Below, piece after piece: positions 51,795 to 61,080 of a stretch of DNA of 64,000 nucleotides (position 1 is the first letter of the stretch; the number at the start of each line of letters is the position of its first letter). Origin of the DNA: Bacteroidaceae bacterium (GTDB lineage Bacteria; Bacillota_I; Bacilli_A; RFN20; CAG-826); contig CAVKNZ010000001.1 in the NCBI GenBank assembly GCA_963657885.1, positions 55,203-119,202 on the forward strand, in the 5' to 3' direction. The notes under the pieces were generated by a model. The model ran no database searches. It had not been told where the DNA came from and was given only the letters and a program-made list of their open reading frames with translations. The position numbers and the translations under genes were made by a program.

Positions 51795-52211
51795 TTATTT
51801 ATCTTTTGCTTCAACGTCGATGACTTCTTCTTTGGGTTCACGGCTTAGGGCAATTAAACCTAAAATGCCAGCGGCGGTGGAGAATTCCACGCCGGAAAGC
51901 ACGCCAAAGATGATGCCTAAGATATGTAACTTTTTACTTGGCTTGTTGAATGCTTTCTTTGAAACTACTAAGTTAACGATTGCAAATGCAAGCGTAAAGG
52001 CAAAGATAACTTCATAGATTACAATAGCAGCCACAAGAACTTCTCTATCGTAGGCGTTTCCAGCTGGATCAGTTAAGGTAACATCACCATTAAGAGCTGC
52101 ACCTAAGCTTGCACCGAAGATAATCATTCCTAATGCAATAAGAGCAACGTAAACAATAGAGATGATGAAGCTAACTTTGTAGAAAGTTTTCGATAATCTT
52201 TTTAAGGCCAT
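51795..52211 (-). CDS. Small hypothetical membrane protein (138 aa, 4 TM)
   Basis: ORF with SD upstream (AGGAGG), immediately downstream of pgm on the minus strand. Hydrophobic throughout. Confidence 0.45.
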   Translation of the reverse strand: MALKRLSKTFYKVSFIISIVYVALIALGMIIFGASLGAALNGDVTLTDPAGNAYDREVLVAAIVIYEVIFAFTLAFAIVNLVVSKKAFNKPSKKLHILGIIFGVLSGVEFSTAAGILGLIALSREPKEEVIDVEAKDK

Positions 52212-52215
52212 TCTT

Positions 52216-53901
52216 TTAGTCCTCCTTTATTAAATTGTCAATAATTTTAGTATACGTATCTAGATTATTTTTACCATAAGCAAATATATAAGCTTTTAAT
52301 TTTGGTTCAGTTCCGCTTGGACGGATGGTGATTGTTTCGCCATCTTTAAGGAAGAACTTAATGACATTGCTCTTTGGCAGATTTGTTGGTTCATCATGAT
52401 CTTTATAATGAATCTTCTGTTCTAGATAATCGCCTAAATGGTCAATATTTGGAATCTTTTCTTTAATTGATTTATCTTTAAAATCGGACATGATTTTTTC
52501 GATGTGAGCTTTACCCGTTAAACCTTTAAATTCATAGGCATGAGTCGCGGTTTTATAATCACCAAATTCTTGGTATATTTCCATCAAACGATCGTAAACT
52601 GTCATGTTTTTATGCTTGTAGTAGTTTGCTAATTCAGACATGAGTAGCGAAGCATTTACTGCATCTTTATCGCGAATTTCCGGATTTGTTAAATAGCCAC
52701 AGGACTCTTCATAACCGAAGATAAATCTATTAGTTTCATTTTTCTTTTCTAGGAAGAGAATTTGCTCGCCTATATATTTAAATCCTGTTAACACTTCAGC
52801 TAGTTCAATGCCTCGCTTGTTAGCCATGATGTTTACTAAATCAGAGCTGACGATAGTTTTAACTGCGAATGGTTTTTCAGGGAGTGTGCCATTTTCTTTT
52901 CTAGCAAGATAGGCAAAATCAAATAGAAGAATGCCAACTTCGTTTCCTGTCAAAATTATTGGGGTGCCATGTTGATTTATGACTACGCCCATACGATCAG
53001 AATCAGGGTCAGTAGCAATTAAGATATCATCATTTTTTTCTATCAACAATTTGATGCCAAGAGTTAAAGCCTCTTTCATCTCTGGGTTTGGATATGGGGC
53101 GGTTGGGAAATTGCCATCTGGATCTTTTTGCTCTTTAACAACATCAATGTTTTTAAAGCCATCCATCTTCAAGATACTTGTGACACATTTATAGCCTGCT
53201 CCATTAAGAGGAGTGTAGGCAATATTGAGTATCTTTTCTTCTTTAACAAGAGATTGTTTAAGAGTGGACTCTAAATATTTTTGTTTTACATCTTCAGAAA
53301 TTGTTTCGATTAAACCTTCTTTTCTTAAAGATTTTTCATCTGCATATTTAATGTCAAACATGTCTAATTTTTCAATTTCTTGATAGACATCTGAGGCATT
53401 TTTATCAGTCATTTGACAGCCATCATTGCCGTAACATTTATAACCGTTATATTCTTTTGGGTTGTGTGATGCAGTTACAACAATTCCTCCATCGCATTTT
53501 AAATATCTTACTGCGAAGGACAAGGTTGGCGTGGGCATCAGTTCATCGTAAATATAAGCTTTTACACCATTCGAAGCTAAAACAATCGCTGCTTCATTAG
53601 CGAAAAATTTAGAATTATTTCTTGAATCGTAGGCGATGGCCACTTTCGGATTTGAAGTTTTCTTTAATAAGTAATTTGCTAGCCCTTGCGTAGCATGACG
53701 AATGACATATTTATTCATTCTATTGCTACCTAGAGCCATAATACCTCTTAGCCCGGCGGTGCCAAATTCTAAATCAGCGATGAAACGGTCGATGATTTCT
53801 TTTTCATTATCTTTAATGGCTTCTAATTCCGCTTTTTCATCTTTACTTAGTGATGAAGAATTAAGCCAACTTAAATATTTATTTAATATTTTTTGATCCA
53901 T
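52216..53901 (-). CDS. pgcA: Phosphoglucomutase / phosphomannomutase (alpha-D-phosphohexomutase superfamily)
   Basis: 561 aa. Active-site phosphoserine loop VVTASHNPKEYNGYK, metal-binding DPDSDR and sugar-binding GYEESCG loops. Confidence 0.9.
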   Translation of the reverse strand: MDQKILNKYLSWLNSSSLSKDEKAELEAIKDNEKEIIDRFIADLEFGTAGLRGIMALGSNRMNKYVIRHATQGLANYLLKKTSNPKVAIAYDSRNNSKFFANEAAIVLASNGVKAYIYDELMPTPTLSFAVRYLKCDGGIVVTASHNPKEYNGYKCYGNDGCQMTDKNASDVYQEIEKLDMFDIKYADEKSLRKEGLIETISEDVKQKYLESTLKQSLVKEEKILNIAYTPLNGAGYKCVTSILKMDGFKNIDVVKEQKDPDGNFPTAPYPNPEMKEALTLGIKLLIEKNDDILIATDPDSDRMGVVINQHGTPIILTGNEVGILLFDFAYLARKENGTLPEKPFAVKTIVSSDLVNIMANKRGIELAEVLTGFKYIGEQILFLEKKNETNRFIFGYEESCGYLTNPEIRDKDAVNASLLMSELANYYKHKNMTVYDRLMEIYQEFGDYKTATHAYEFKGLTGKAHIEKIMSDFKDKSIKEKIPNIDHLGDYLEQKIHYKDHDEPTNLPKSNVIKFFLKDGETITIRPSGTEPKLKAYIFAYGKNNLDTYTKIIDNLIKED

Positions 53902-54058
53902 ACTTTCTTCCTTTCATTTTTATCGTTTTAATTCTAGCACATCGCTTCAACGTTTATCTTTGATAAGCTTAATAATATTAAATGCTTTCTCATTAACAAT
54001 GAAAATAATATAATATTTTCGTTATTTATTTGATATTTTCTTACACTTATTTATCACA

Positions 54059-55177
54059 ATGGTCGAACTTAAAGAAATAATCCTTAAAGATAAGAAATGG
54101 AGACAGACGCCGGTTAACCTTTCTTTTAATAATGGCTATAACGAACTTGACTATTCTAAGAAAGCTGTCTTTAAAAGTTTATCTTTAAAGGAAGATTCTT
54201 TCCTCGATGGCACGTTTATCGTCGATGGAATTACTTTTTTACCTAATAACATCAATAGCGAAGAAACTCTATGCGTTTTAGCTATTTCTTCACAAGTTTT
54301 TTGCTTGACTCTTTCTTTTGTAACTAGCAAAAAAGAAAAGAAAGCTTTTATTGAAGATGTTCAAAATAAATTCATCGAACTTAAGGACATGCCTTTAGAG
54401 ACATTTATTGATAAAGATAATAAGATAAAGAAAATTATTGAAACTACCCTAAATGTAAAACCTAGCTATGTTTTGATCGATTATAACGATGAAATTAATG
54501 CTCTTTATTCTAGAATCATCGATAAAACCATTAAGTCTCACTCTGACGAATTAACCTTTATCATCTTGAAAAAAGAAGAAAAAGAAGCACTGTTTTCGAC
54601 AATTGATATCGTTAATAGCGATGAATCAGTAAGCACAGATAAAAAGGAAAAAAGCGAGAAAAAGACTAAGAAAATAAATCTATTTAATTCAGCTAGAGGC
54701 AAATTATTCTTAGACATCTTAAAGAAAGAATATACATCCTATCTTCTCATTGCTTTTGAAGTGATGTTTGGGGTTTTCTCATCTTTATTATTTCCATCAT
54801 ACTTTACAAATGAAGAAATCTTTTGGGGTGTCATTTTAATCATTGTTTCTGTCTTATGTATATTTACCGAAATCATCTTCGTTTCTTTATCCATTGAGCC
54901 TTATTTAAAAAAGGATAAAAAAGACGACCTCATTATTTCTTTATCCTTATTAGGAGCCTTTACTCTTATCGCCATTGGACTAGCTTATTTATTATTTGTG
55001 ATTTTGATGAACAATAACGTTTTGGTGGAACATGAAAAATATGAAGGCGTGATGTTTATTCCTTCAGTTGTTATAAGCGTTCTTTCACTAGCGATTATTG
55101 GCCTAATTAAATATGTTTCTAAACCATATTTTTGGATTCGAAAAAAGTTGTTCCCTCCTAAGAATAAAGACAAATAA
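54059..55177 (+). CDS. Hypothetical protein with a soluble N-terminal domain and 4 C-terminal TM helices
   Basis: 372 aa ORF with no convincing SD at the annotated ATG, so the start is uncertain. K/E-rich linker, then hydrophobic C-terminal third. Confidence 0.35.
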   Translation: MVELKEIILKDKKWRQTPVNLSFNNGYNELDYSKKAVFKSLSLKEDSFLDGTFIVDGITFLPNNINSEETLCVLAISSQVFCLTLSFVTSKKEKKAFIEDVQNKFIELKDMPLETFIDKDNKIKKIIETTLNVKPSYVLIDYNDEINALYSRIIDKTIKSHSDELTFIILKKEEKEALFSTIDIVNSDESVSTDKKEKSEKKTKKINLFNSARGKLFLDILKKEYTSYLLIAFEVMFGVFSSLLFPSYFTNEEIFWGVILIIVSVLCIFTEIIFVSLSIEPYLKKDKKDDLIISLSLLGAFTLIAIGLAYLLFVILMNNNVLVEHEKYEGVMFIPSVVISVLSLAIIGLIKYVSKPYFWIRKKLFPPKNKDK

Positions 55178-55211
55178 GATTAAAAATTTGTTGTTACTTA
55201 TAAAAAATAAT

Positions 55212-55232
55212 GCCGAATATATCGGCTTTTTT
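55212..55232 (+). terminator. Candidate short rho-independent terminator after the 54059-55177 gene
   Basis: GCCGAATATATCGGC hairpin (5-bp GC-containing stem) followed by TTTTTT at 55227-55232. A-run on the 5' side could make it bidirectional. Confidence 0.4.
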
Positions 55233-55313
55233 AAAAATAATAGACTCTGATTTGGAAATGAAGTCCAAAATAGATAGTAAATTTATCTTATTTTTCACAA
55301 AGGAGCTTATTTT

Positions 55314-56642
55314 ATGGCTAAGTACACTAAGAAGCAAATCCTAAAAATTGCGGAAACGCAGAATGTTCACTATGTTAGACTGCAATTTACCGACATGCTC
55401 GGCGTCATCAAAGCGGTGGAAATTCCTGTTGCAAAACTAGAATCTGCGTTAAACGGCGAGATCATGTTTGATGGTAGTTCTATTGAAGGCTTTGTTCGCA
55501 TCAAAGAAGCGGATATGTATTTAAAACCTGATTTAGATACATGGCTTATTCTTCCTTTTGAAGATAGTTCATTTGGCAAAGTTGCAAGATTAATTTGCGA
55601 TGTCTATACGCCTTATGGCAAGCCATTTAAAGGCGATCCTCGTTATATTCTTAAAAGAGCTATTAAAAGATTGAAAGATGCTGGCATCGAACAGATGAAC
55701 GTTGGCTTTGAACCAGAATTTTATTTACTTAAAGATGATAATGGCAACATTAAAGTCACCGATCAAGGTTCTTATTTTGATTTATCACCAATCGATAATG
55801 GTAATTCCATTAGGCGAGAAATCGCTCTCGAACTTGAACGATGTGGTTTTGTCGTGCAAACTGCCCATCACGAAGTAGGCAATGGTCAACAAGAAATCAA
55901 TTTTAAATATGCGGATGTCTTAACCGCGTGCGACAATCTTCAATCGTTTAAACATATCGTTAAATCAGTTGCGAGGAAAAATAACTTCATCGCCACCTTC
56001 ATGCCAAAACCATTTATGGATTTACCAGGCTCAGGTATGCACACAAACATTTCCATTCAAGATAAAGAAGGAAATAACCTTTTCTATGATGAAAAGGAAA
56101 GCATGAAATTATCCAAGCTTTGCAAGCAATTTATATATGGAATCTTAAAACATTCACGTTCTATGAGCGCGGTTACTAACCCAATTGTTAACTCTTATAA
56201 GCGACTTATATCCGGCTTTGAAGCTCCGTGCTACGCCTGCTGGAGCGATGCCAACCGTTCATCGATGATTCGCATTCCCGCCGTTAGAGGAGAAGCAACG
56301 CGAGCGGAAATCCGTAACGTTGATCCTTACGCCAATCCATATCTCGCGTTAGCGGTCATCATTAATGCTGGACTTGATGGAGTACTTAACCCTGATAAAG
56401 TTCCAGTCGTGCCTCCAGTGTATGACAACATCTTCTCTTTGACTCGCGAAGAAAGAGAAGCTAAAGGTATTCCAAATTTGCCTGAGAATTTAAAAGACGC
56501 ATTAAAAGAAATGGTTAACGACCCTCTTTTGAAAGAGACGCTTGGCGACCACACTTATGGAAAATATTTAGAAGCTAAAAAACTTGAATGGGCCGAATTT
56601 TCTCGCATGGTTAGCAAGTGGGAAGTCGATAGATATTTATAA
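55314..56642 (+). CDS. glnA: Glutamine synthetase type I
   Basis: 442 aa. Conserved GS regions MFDGSSIEGF, ATP-binding KPFMDLPGSGMHTNIS and NVGFEPEFYL. SD AAAGGAG upstream. Confidence 0.95.
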   Translation: MAKYTKKQILKIAETQNVHYVRLQFTDMLGVIKAVEIPVAKLESALNGEIMFDGSSIEGFVRIKEADMYLKPDLDTWLILPFEDSSFGKVARLICDVYTPYGKPFKGDPRYILKRAIKRLKDAGIEQMNVGFEPEFYLLKDDNGNIKVTDQGSYFDLSPIDNGNSIRREIALELERCGFVVQTAHHEVGNGQQEINFKYADVLTACDNLQSFKHIVKSVARKNNFIATFMPKPFMDLPGSGMHTNISIQDKEGNNLFYDEKESMKLSKLCKQFIYGILKHSRSMSAVTNPIVNSYKRLISGFEAPCYACWSDANRSSMIRIPAVRGEATRAEIRNVDPYANPYLALAVIINAGLDGVLNPDKVPVVPPVYDNIFSLTREEREAKGIPNLPENLKDALKEMVNDPLLKETLGDHTYGKYLEAKKLEWAEFSRMVSKWEVDRYL

Positions 56643-56689
56643 AAGAGCTACTTTCTAATATTATATTTAATATTTAGAGGTGCACTTTT

Positions 56690-57901
56690 ATGGACAATGA
56701 AATTTTTAGCTTAATTGAACAAGAAACTATTAGACAAAACGAAGGCATTGAGCTCATCGCAAGTGAGAACTATGTTAGCAAAGATGTCCGCTTGGCCGCG
56801 GGTTCAATTTTAACGAATAAATACGCGGAAGGCTATCCAAATAAAAGATATTACGGAGGTTGCGAATTCGTCGACAAAATCGAAGAAATCGCCATTGAAA
56901 GAGCTAAAAAATTATTTAACGTAAAATTTGCCAATGTTCAGCCTCATTCGGGTTCACAGGCTAACGCCGCGGCCTATCGAGCACTGCTTCCTGATGGAGG
57001 CAAGATTTTATCATTAACGCTTAACGATGGAGGACATCTAAGTCATGGAAGTCCGGTGTCATTTTCATCACATTTTTATAATTTCGTTTTCTATCCTTTA
57101 GGAAAAGATGCTCATCTAGATTATGACCTTCTTCTAGAAGTGGCGAAAAAAGAAAAACCGGATCTCATCCTTGCTGGTTACAGTGCCTATCCATTTACAA
57201 TCGACTTTAAACGCATCAAAGAAATATGCGATGTTGTCAGAGCGAAATTTATCGTTGATATGGCTCATATCGCAGGACTTGTTGCCTCAAACGAGCATCC
57301 TAGCCCAATTGGCTACGCCGATGTGGTGACATCTACAACACATAAGACCTTAAGAGGCCCTCGAGGCGGACTTATTCTTACTAACGATGAAGAATTAGCA
57401 AAAAAGATAAATTCCGCAGTGTTTCCATTCTATCAAGGAGGACCGCTTGAACACATAATTGCTGCGAAAGCGGTGTGCTTTAAAGAAGCTCTAGAACCAA
57501 GTTTTAAAGAATATATAAAAAATGTGAAAGAGAACACTCTTGCATGTGCGAAAACTTTTATATCATTAGGCGATAAAGCTTCACTTAGTGAAAATCATCT
57601 ATTTTTATTAAACACTCTTGAATCATTTAACCTTACAGGCTTGGACGCCCAGAAAAAGCTTGAAGAAATTGGCATAACTACGAATAAAAATATGCTACCT
57701 AATGACACATTAAAGCCAAATAAAACTTCTGGACTTCGCATCGGTTTCGCTGCGACTACAACTCGCGGAGCTACAAAAGAAGATGCGATTAAAATTGCTA
57801 CCTTAATACATAATTATTTAAAAGATTTAATAACTAAAGAAGAAGCTCAATCTATTGTTAAAGAAATAACTTCTTCTTGGAAAAAGATTGAAGAAATCTA
57901 G
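56690..57901 (+). CDS. glyA: Serine hydroxymethyltransferase
   Basis: 403 aa. LIASENYVS, PLP-lysine motif VVTSTTHKTLRGPRGG. Confidence 0.95.
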   Translation: MDNEIFSLIEQETIRQNEGIELIASENYVSKDVRLAAGSILTNKYAEGYPNKRYYGGCEFVDKIEEIAIERAKKLFNVKFANVQPHSGSQANAAAYRALLPDGGKILSLTLNDGGHLSHGSPVSFSSHFYNFVFYPLGKDAHLDYDLLLEVAKKEKPDLILAGYSAYPFTIDFKRIKEICDVVRAKFIVDMAHIAGLVASNEHPSPIGYADVVTSTTHKTLRGPRGGLILTNDEELAKKINSAVFPFYQGGPLEHIIAAKAVCFKEALEPSFKEYIKNVKENTLACAKTFISLGDKASLSENHLFLLNTLESFNLTGLDAQKKLEEIGITTNKNMLPNDTLKPNKTSGLRIGFAATTTRGATKEDAIKIATLIHNYLKDLITKEEAQSIVKEITSSWKKIEEI

Positions 57902-57915
57902 CAAGGAACGAAATC

Positions 57916-58122
57916 ATGAAAATCATCAAAGAAGCTAAAAACCCAACATTTAGAATCACCTGTGAATACTGCGGAACGATATTTGAATATCAGCAAAATG
58001 AATTAGGCTATCGACCTTGGTATCGTCATGGATTCATTTATTGCCCGCATTGTCATCGCCCTCTTAGACACGATCCAATCAATCGCGTCGACGATGTCAT
58101 CGATATTGAAGAACATAAATAA
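57916..58122 (+). CDS. Small zinc-ribbon protein (68 aa), C-x2-C...C-x2-C
   Basis: CEYCGTIF...YCPHCHRPL four-Cys ribbon. SD AAGGA upstream. 14 nt downstream of glyA. Confidence 0.4.
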   Translation: MKIIKEAKNPTFRITCEYCGTIFEYQQNELGYRPWYRHGFIYCPHCHRPLRHDPINRVDDVIDIEEHK

Positions 58123-58259
58123 TTATCTTTTTAATTACATTATTATTTTTAAAAAACATTGATTTAAACGATATTTTTTATTTACAAATTCCAAAAAATA
58201 CTAAAAATAGTTGAAATTGGAATTTTTCTTTTTCATATAATGATTTTAGATAAAAACAT

Positions 58260-59497
58260 ATGATATACAAAAGAACAATATTAGAATCAGTTATAAATTC
58301 AATAAATGAATATCCTGTAACCTTAATAACAGGAGCACGGCAAGTTGGTAAAACCACTTTAGTCTCATACTTTTTTGATAAAGGAATCGTTATCTATCTT
58401 TAGACGATTCTTCTTTATGTTATGAAGCTAAATCAAATCCAAAACTATTCTTAGAAAAGTATGGTAATCATTTGATTATTGACGAAATTCAAAAGGCTAA
58501 GGAATTATTTCCAGAAATTGAGCATTTAGTTAACAAAAAAAGATTAGAAGAAGGTTCTATAAAAGCTAATGGGATGTTTATTCTAACTGGCAGTCAAAAA
58601 TTTTCTTTTATGCGAGGCGTAAGTGAATCTCTTTCCGGAAGAGTAGGAATTATTGAATTAGAACCTTTATCTCAAGCGGAAATAAGAGGATGGAATGAAA
58701 TTCCTTTTATAGCTAATAACAATGAACTATTTAAAAAAAGTGAAGAAAGAGAATTAACTAATGACCAGTTATATTTATCCATACTTAGAGGCTTTTATCC
58801 TGCTAGATGGGAAATAGAAGATAAACCAATTCATAATTTTTTCTCTAACTATGTTAAGACTTATATTGAAAGAGACGTAGTTGAGTTAATCGCAATTAGA
58901 GATTTAACTAAATTTGAAAACTTTTTAAAGGCTATCGCTTCGTTAACTGGCGAAGAATATAACCCTAATGCAATTTCAAAAACAATCGGAATTGATAACA
59001 AAACCGTTGATGCGTGGCTTAATATTTTGATCGCTTTAAACTTAGTAACAATCTTAAATCCTTATTACGAAGATTCAATAAATAAGCGGATTGTCAAAAG
59101 CAAAAAGCTTTATTTCAACGATACCGGATTAGCTTGTTATTTAATTGGCGTCGATTCAGTAAGAACACTCAAAGCCTCATCTTTTAAAGGAAGGCTCGTG
59201 GAAACTTACATTCATAACGAAATTAGAAAATCGTTTATCAATAACTCAGTTTCCGCCCAGATGTTTTTCTATCGCGATAACAATCAAAACGAAATTGATT
59301 TTATCATCCTTAAAGATGGTGAATTATCGCTTGTAGAAGCAAAGTCTGGAAAACAATATGGTGTTAATGATGTAAAAAGTTTCAGACAATTAACAAATAG
59401 TAAATACAATATCGCTGGGCAGTGCATCGTTTGTAGAACAGATGATATTTATCGAATCAATTCATTGGTTTATGCTTATCCGATAAAATGCATCTAA
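58260..59497 (+). pseudogene. Frameshifted AAA_14/DUF4143 ATPase paralogue (1-nt deletion in a T-run near 58398-58401)
   Basis: Frame A from ATG 58260 encodes MIYKRTILESVINSINEYPVTLITGARQVGKTTLVSYFFDKGIVIY (Walker A) and hits TAG at 58401. Frame +2 continues YLSLDDSSLCYEAKSNPKLFLEKYGNHLIIDEIQKAKE... to 59497. It is co-linear with the intact paralogue at 62635-63873 (YVTLDDYSNRLL...LIIDEIQKAVE). Confidence 0.55.
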
Positions 59498-59521
59498 ATA
59501 TTAATTAAATGTAAAACGATA

Positions 59522-59563
59522 AAATGTCGCTTTATTTGTCGCTTTAAATGTCGCTTTATTTTT
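59522..59563. repeat. 42-bp element: three 12-bp-period tandem TGTCGCTTTA units. Direct-repeat copy A, abutting the stop of the AlbA_2 gene
   Basis: AAATGTCGCTTTATTTGTCGCTTTAAATGTCGCTTTATTTTT. Identical copy at 60957-61000 on the other side of the gene. Confidence 0.75.
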
Positions 59564-60911
59564 ATATGCTTTTAAGAACTTGCCAACTGCCTGTTTTCTT
59601 TGAACCTGTTCTACTGACCGCCCCGATTGAAATAAGTTTTTTTAAGCATCTTTGAACTGTTCTTCGATTGATATTTCCTTTTTCGGCGAGTTCTATCTGC
59701 GTTTGTTTAGGGTTTTCTTTTAAAGAGTTTAAAACCTTGGTTTCAGTTTTAGATAATTTATCTTTTATGGTATTATCGGTTTTTTTATTTCCACTTTTTC
59801 CTTTTCGATAGAAGATAAAGGAAAAGCCATCGCTATAAGTTGTATAACTTGTTTTGACGTTATTGGCTTTGCAAGCTGCATATACCTTTTTAAATCCGCT
59901 TCCAAACATCTCCACATCTTTGCATTTATATAATGTATTGAGGATCAATTTGTTTCTAGGTTGGCTTTTTCTATTTGAATTAACAAACATATCAGGATTT
60001 AAATTCGCTGGGAATTCACCAGGATTATAGATTTCTATCATCGTGGGTGTTATATCTATTTCGTTTTCAGTTACTCCTCGATAATTCGCGTGAGCGAATG
60101 AATTAACAACTATTTCTCTTATCGCTTCAACTGGTACTTCTGGGATTTCTTTTCTTGCGATGTTTTCACCTAGTTCGACCCGCCAATCCATTTTCTCTTT
60201 TATGTATGAATTGGCATAACGTATAAGGTTATAGATGTTATCTTCCACTCTTCTTATATCTGAGAAATTAATCCTTTCATCGCTAACGTATGTGGCGATT
60301 TTTAATACGACAGGTTTTTTGCTCGAGAAAAGATAAAACCCCGCGTTAGTTAAAAAGTTATTTTCTAATAAGCCTAGACCAGTTAATAGAGCTTCTTCAT
60401 CATATATGCTCAATTCATCTAATCGACCGCAGGAAGTAGCTTCATCGTAAAATGAACGCAAAGCGATATGATCAACACTTTCTAAGCCGTATTTAGTTAA
60501 ATTGTTTTCCCATTTTGATGAAAAGTCTGTTGAAAACAAAATGCTTCTTAGCTCATCAGGAGTCATTCTTTCCGATCTATCAACAACTCGTTTGTAATAT
60601 ATTCCAAAGGATGAGTATGGTTTTTCTGAGCCGTTAAAATCAACTTTTATGCACATCTTATTATCTAGCGTTACTTCTTTGATTGTTGGATAAATTATTG
60701 GCAGTATAGCTTCTTTGCAAGTTCTAGCGATATCATCTAAGGTATGAGAGCCAATTTCTTGGCCACATACATCACCATTGGGCTTAACTCCAAAATAAAG
60801 CGTGCCAGATCCATGCTTATTTAAAATCGCGCATATATCATCCATTGCTTCTTTTATTTCACTCGTGGATTTTTTAAATTCAAGTTGTTCGTTTTCTCGT
60901 CCTAAGTTCAT
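59562..60911 (-). CDS. AlbA_2 (Schlafen-like) + HATPase_c_4 + C-terminal winged-HTH protein; paralogue of 41969-43393
   Basis: 449 aa. ENEQLEFKKSTSEIKEAMDDICAILNKHGSGTLYFGVKPNGDVCGQEIG (AlbA_2). REIVVNSFAHANYRGVTENEIDITPTMIEIYNPGEF (HATPase_c_4-like). C-terminal HTH TQIELAEKGNINRRTVQRCLKKLISIGAV. SD AGGAGA upstream. Confidence 0.7.
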   Translation of the reverse strand: MNLGRENEQLEFKKSTSEIKEAMDDICAILNKHGSGTLYFGVKPNGDVCGQEIGSHTLDDIARTCKEAILPIIYPTIKEVTLDNKMCIKVDFNGSEKPYSSFGIYYKRVVDRSERMTPDELRSILFSTDFSSKWENNLTKYGLESVDHIALRSFYDEATSCGRLDELSIYDEEALLTGLGLLENNFLTNAGFYLFSSKKPVVLKIATYVSDERINFSDIRRVEDNIYNLIRYANSYIKEKMDWRVELGENIARKEIPEVPVEAIREIVVNSFAHANYRGVTENEIDITPTMIEIYNPGEFPANLNPDMFVNSNRKSQPRNKLILNTLYKCKDVEMFGSGFKKVYAACKANNVKTSYTTYSDGFSFIFYRKGKSGNKKTDNTIKDKLSKTETKVLNSLKENPKQTQIELAEKGNINRRTVQRCLKKLISIGAVSRTGSKKTGSWQVLKSI

Positions 60912-60956
60912 ATTAAACTGTTCTCTCCTGCATTTATTATAGCGCGATGAAAAGAA

Positions 60957-61000
60957 AAATGTCGCTTTATTTGTCGCTTTAAATGTCGCTTTATTTTTTC
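60957..61000. repeat. Direct-repeat copy B of the 3x TGTCGCTTTA element, about 45 bp upstream of the AlbA_2 gene start (its promoter region)
   Basis: AAATGTCGCTTTATTTGTCGCTTTAAATGTCGCTTTATTTTT, identical to 59522-59563 in the same orientation. Confidence 0.75.
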
Positions 61001-61080
61001 CTTTTCTCTATCTCGTTAAAAACAGTAGACATCTAATGCTATCAGTGTGGTTTGTTTACAGTCTTCTTTCAATCAGATTA

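Noticed and set aside
55255-55313. GlnR/TnrA box upstream of glnA (TTGGAAATGAAGTCCAA dyad)
   Set aside because: It does not fit TGTNA-N7-TNACA, and no glnR is adjacent. It is probably a fortuitous imperfect dyad.
58140-58258. Terminator after the Zn-ribbon gene (AAATTCCAA...TTGGAATTT followed by TTCTTTTT)
   Set aside because: The stem is AT-only with a 24-nt loop, too weak to call confidently. It may still act as a leaky terminator.
59522-61000. Insertion sequence or transposon delimited by the 42-bp repeats
   Set aside because: No transposase or integrase lies between the repeats, the repeats are direct rather than inverted, and there are no target-site duplications. I kept it as a possible recombination cassette, not an IS.
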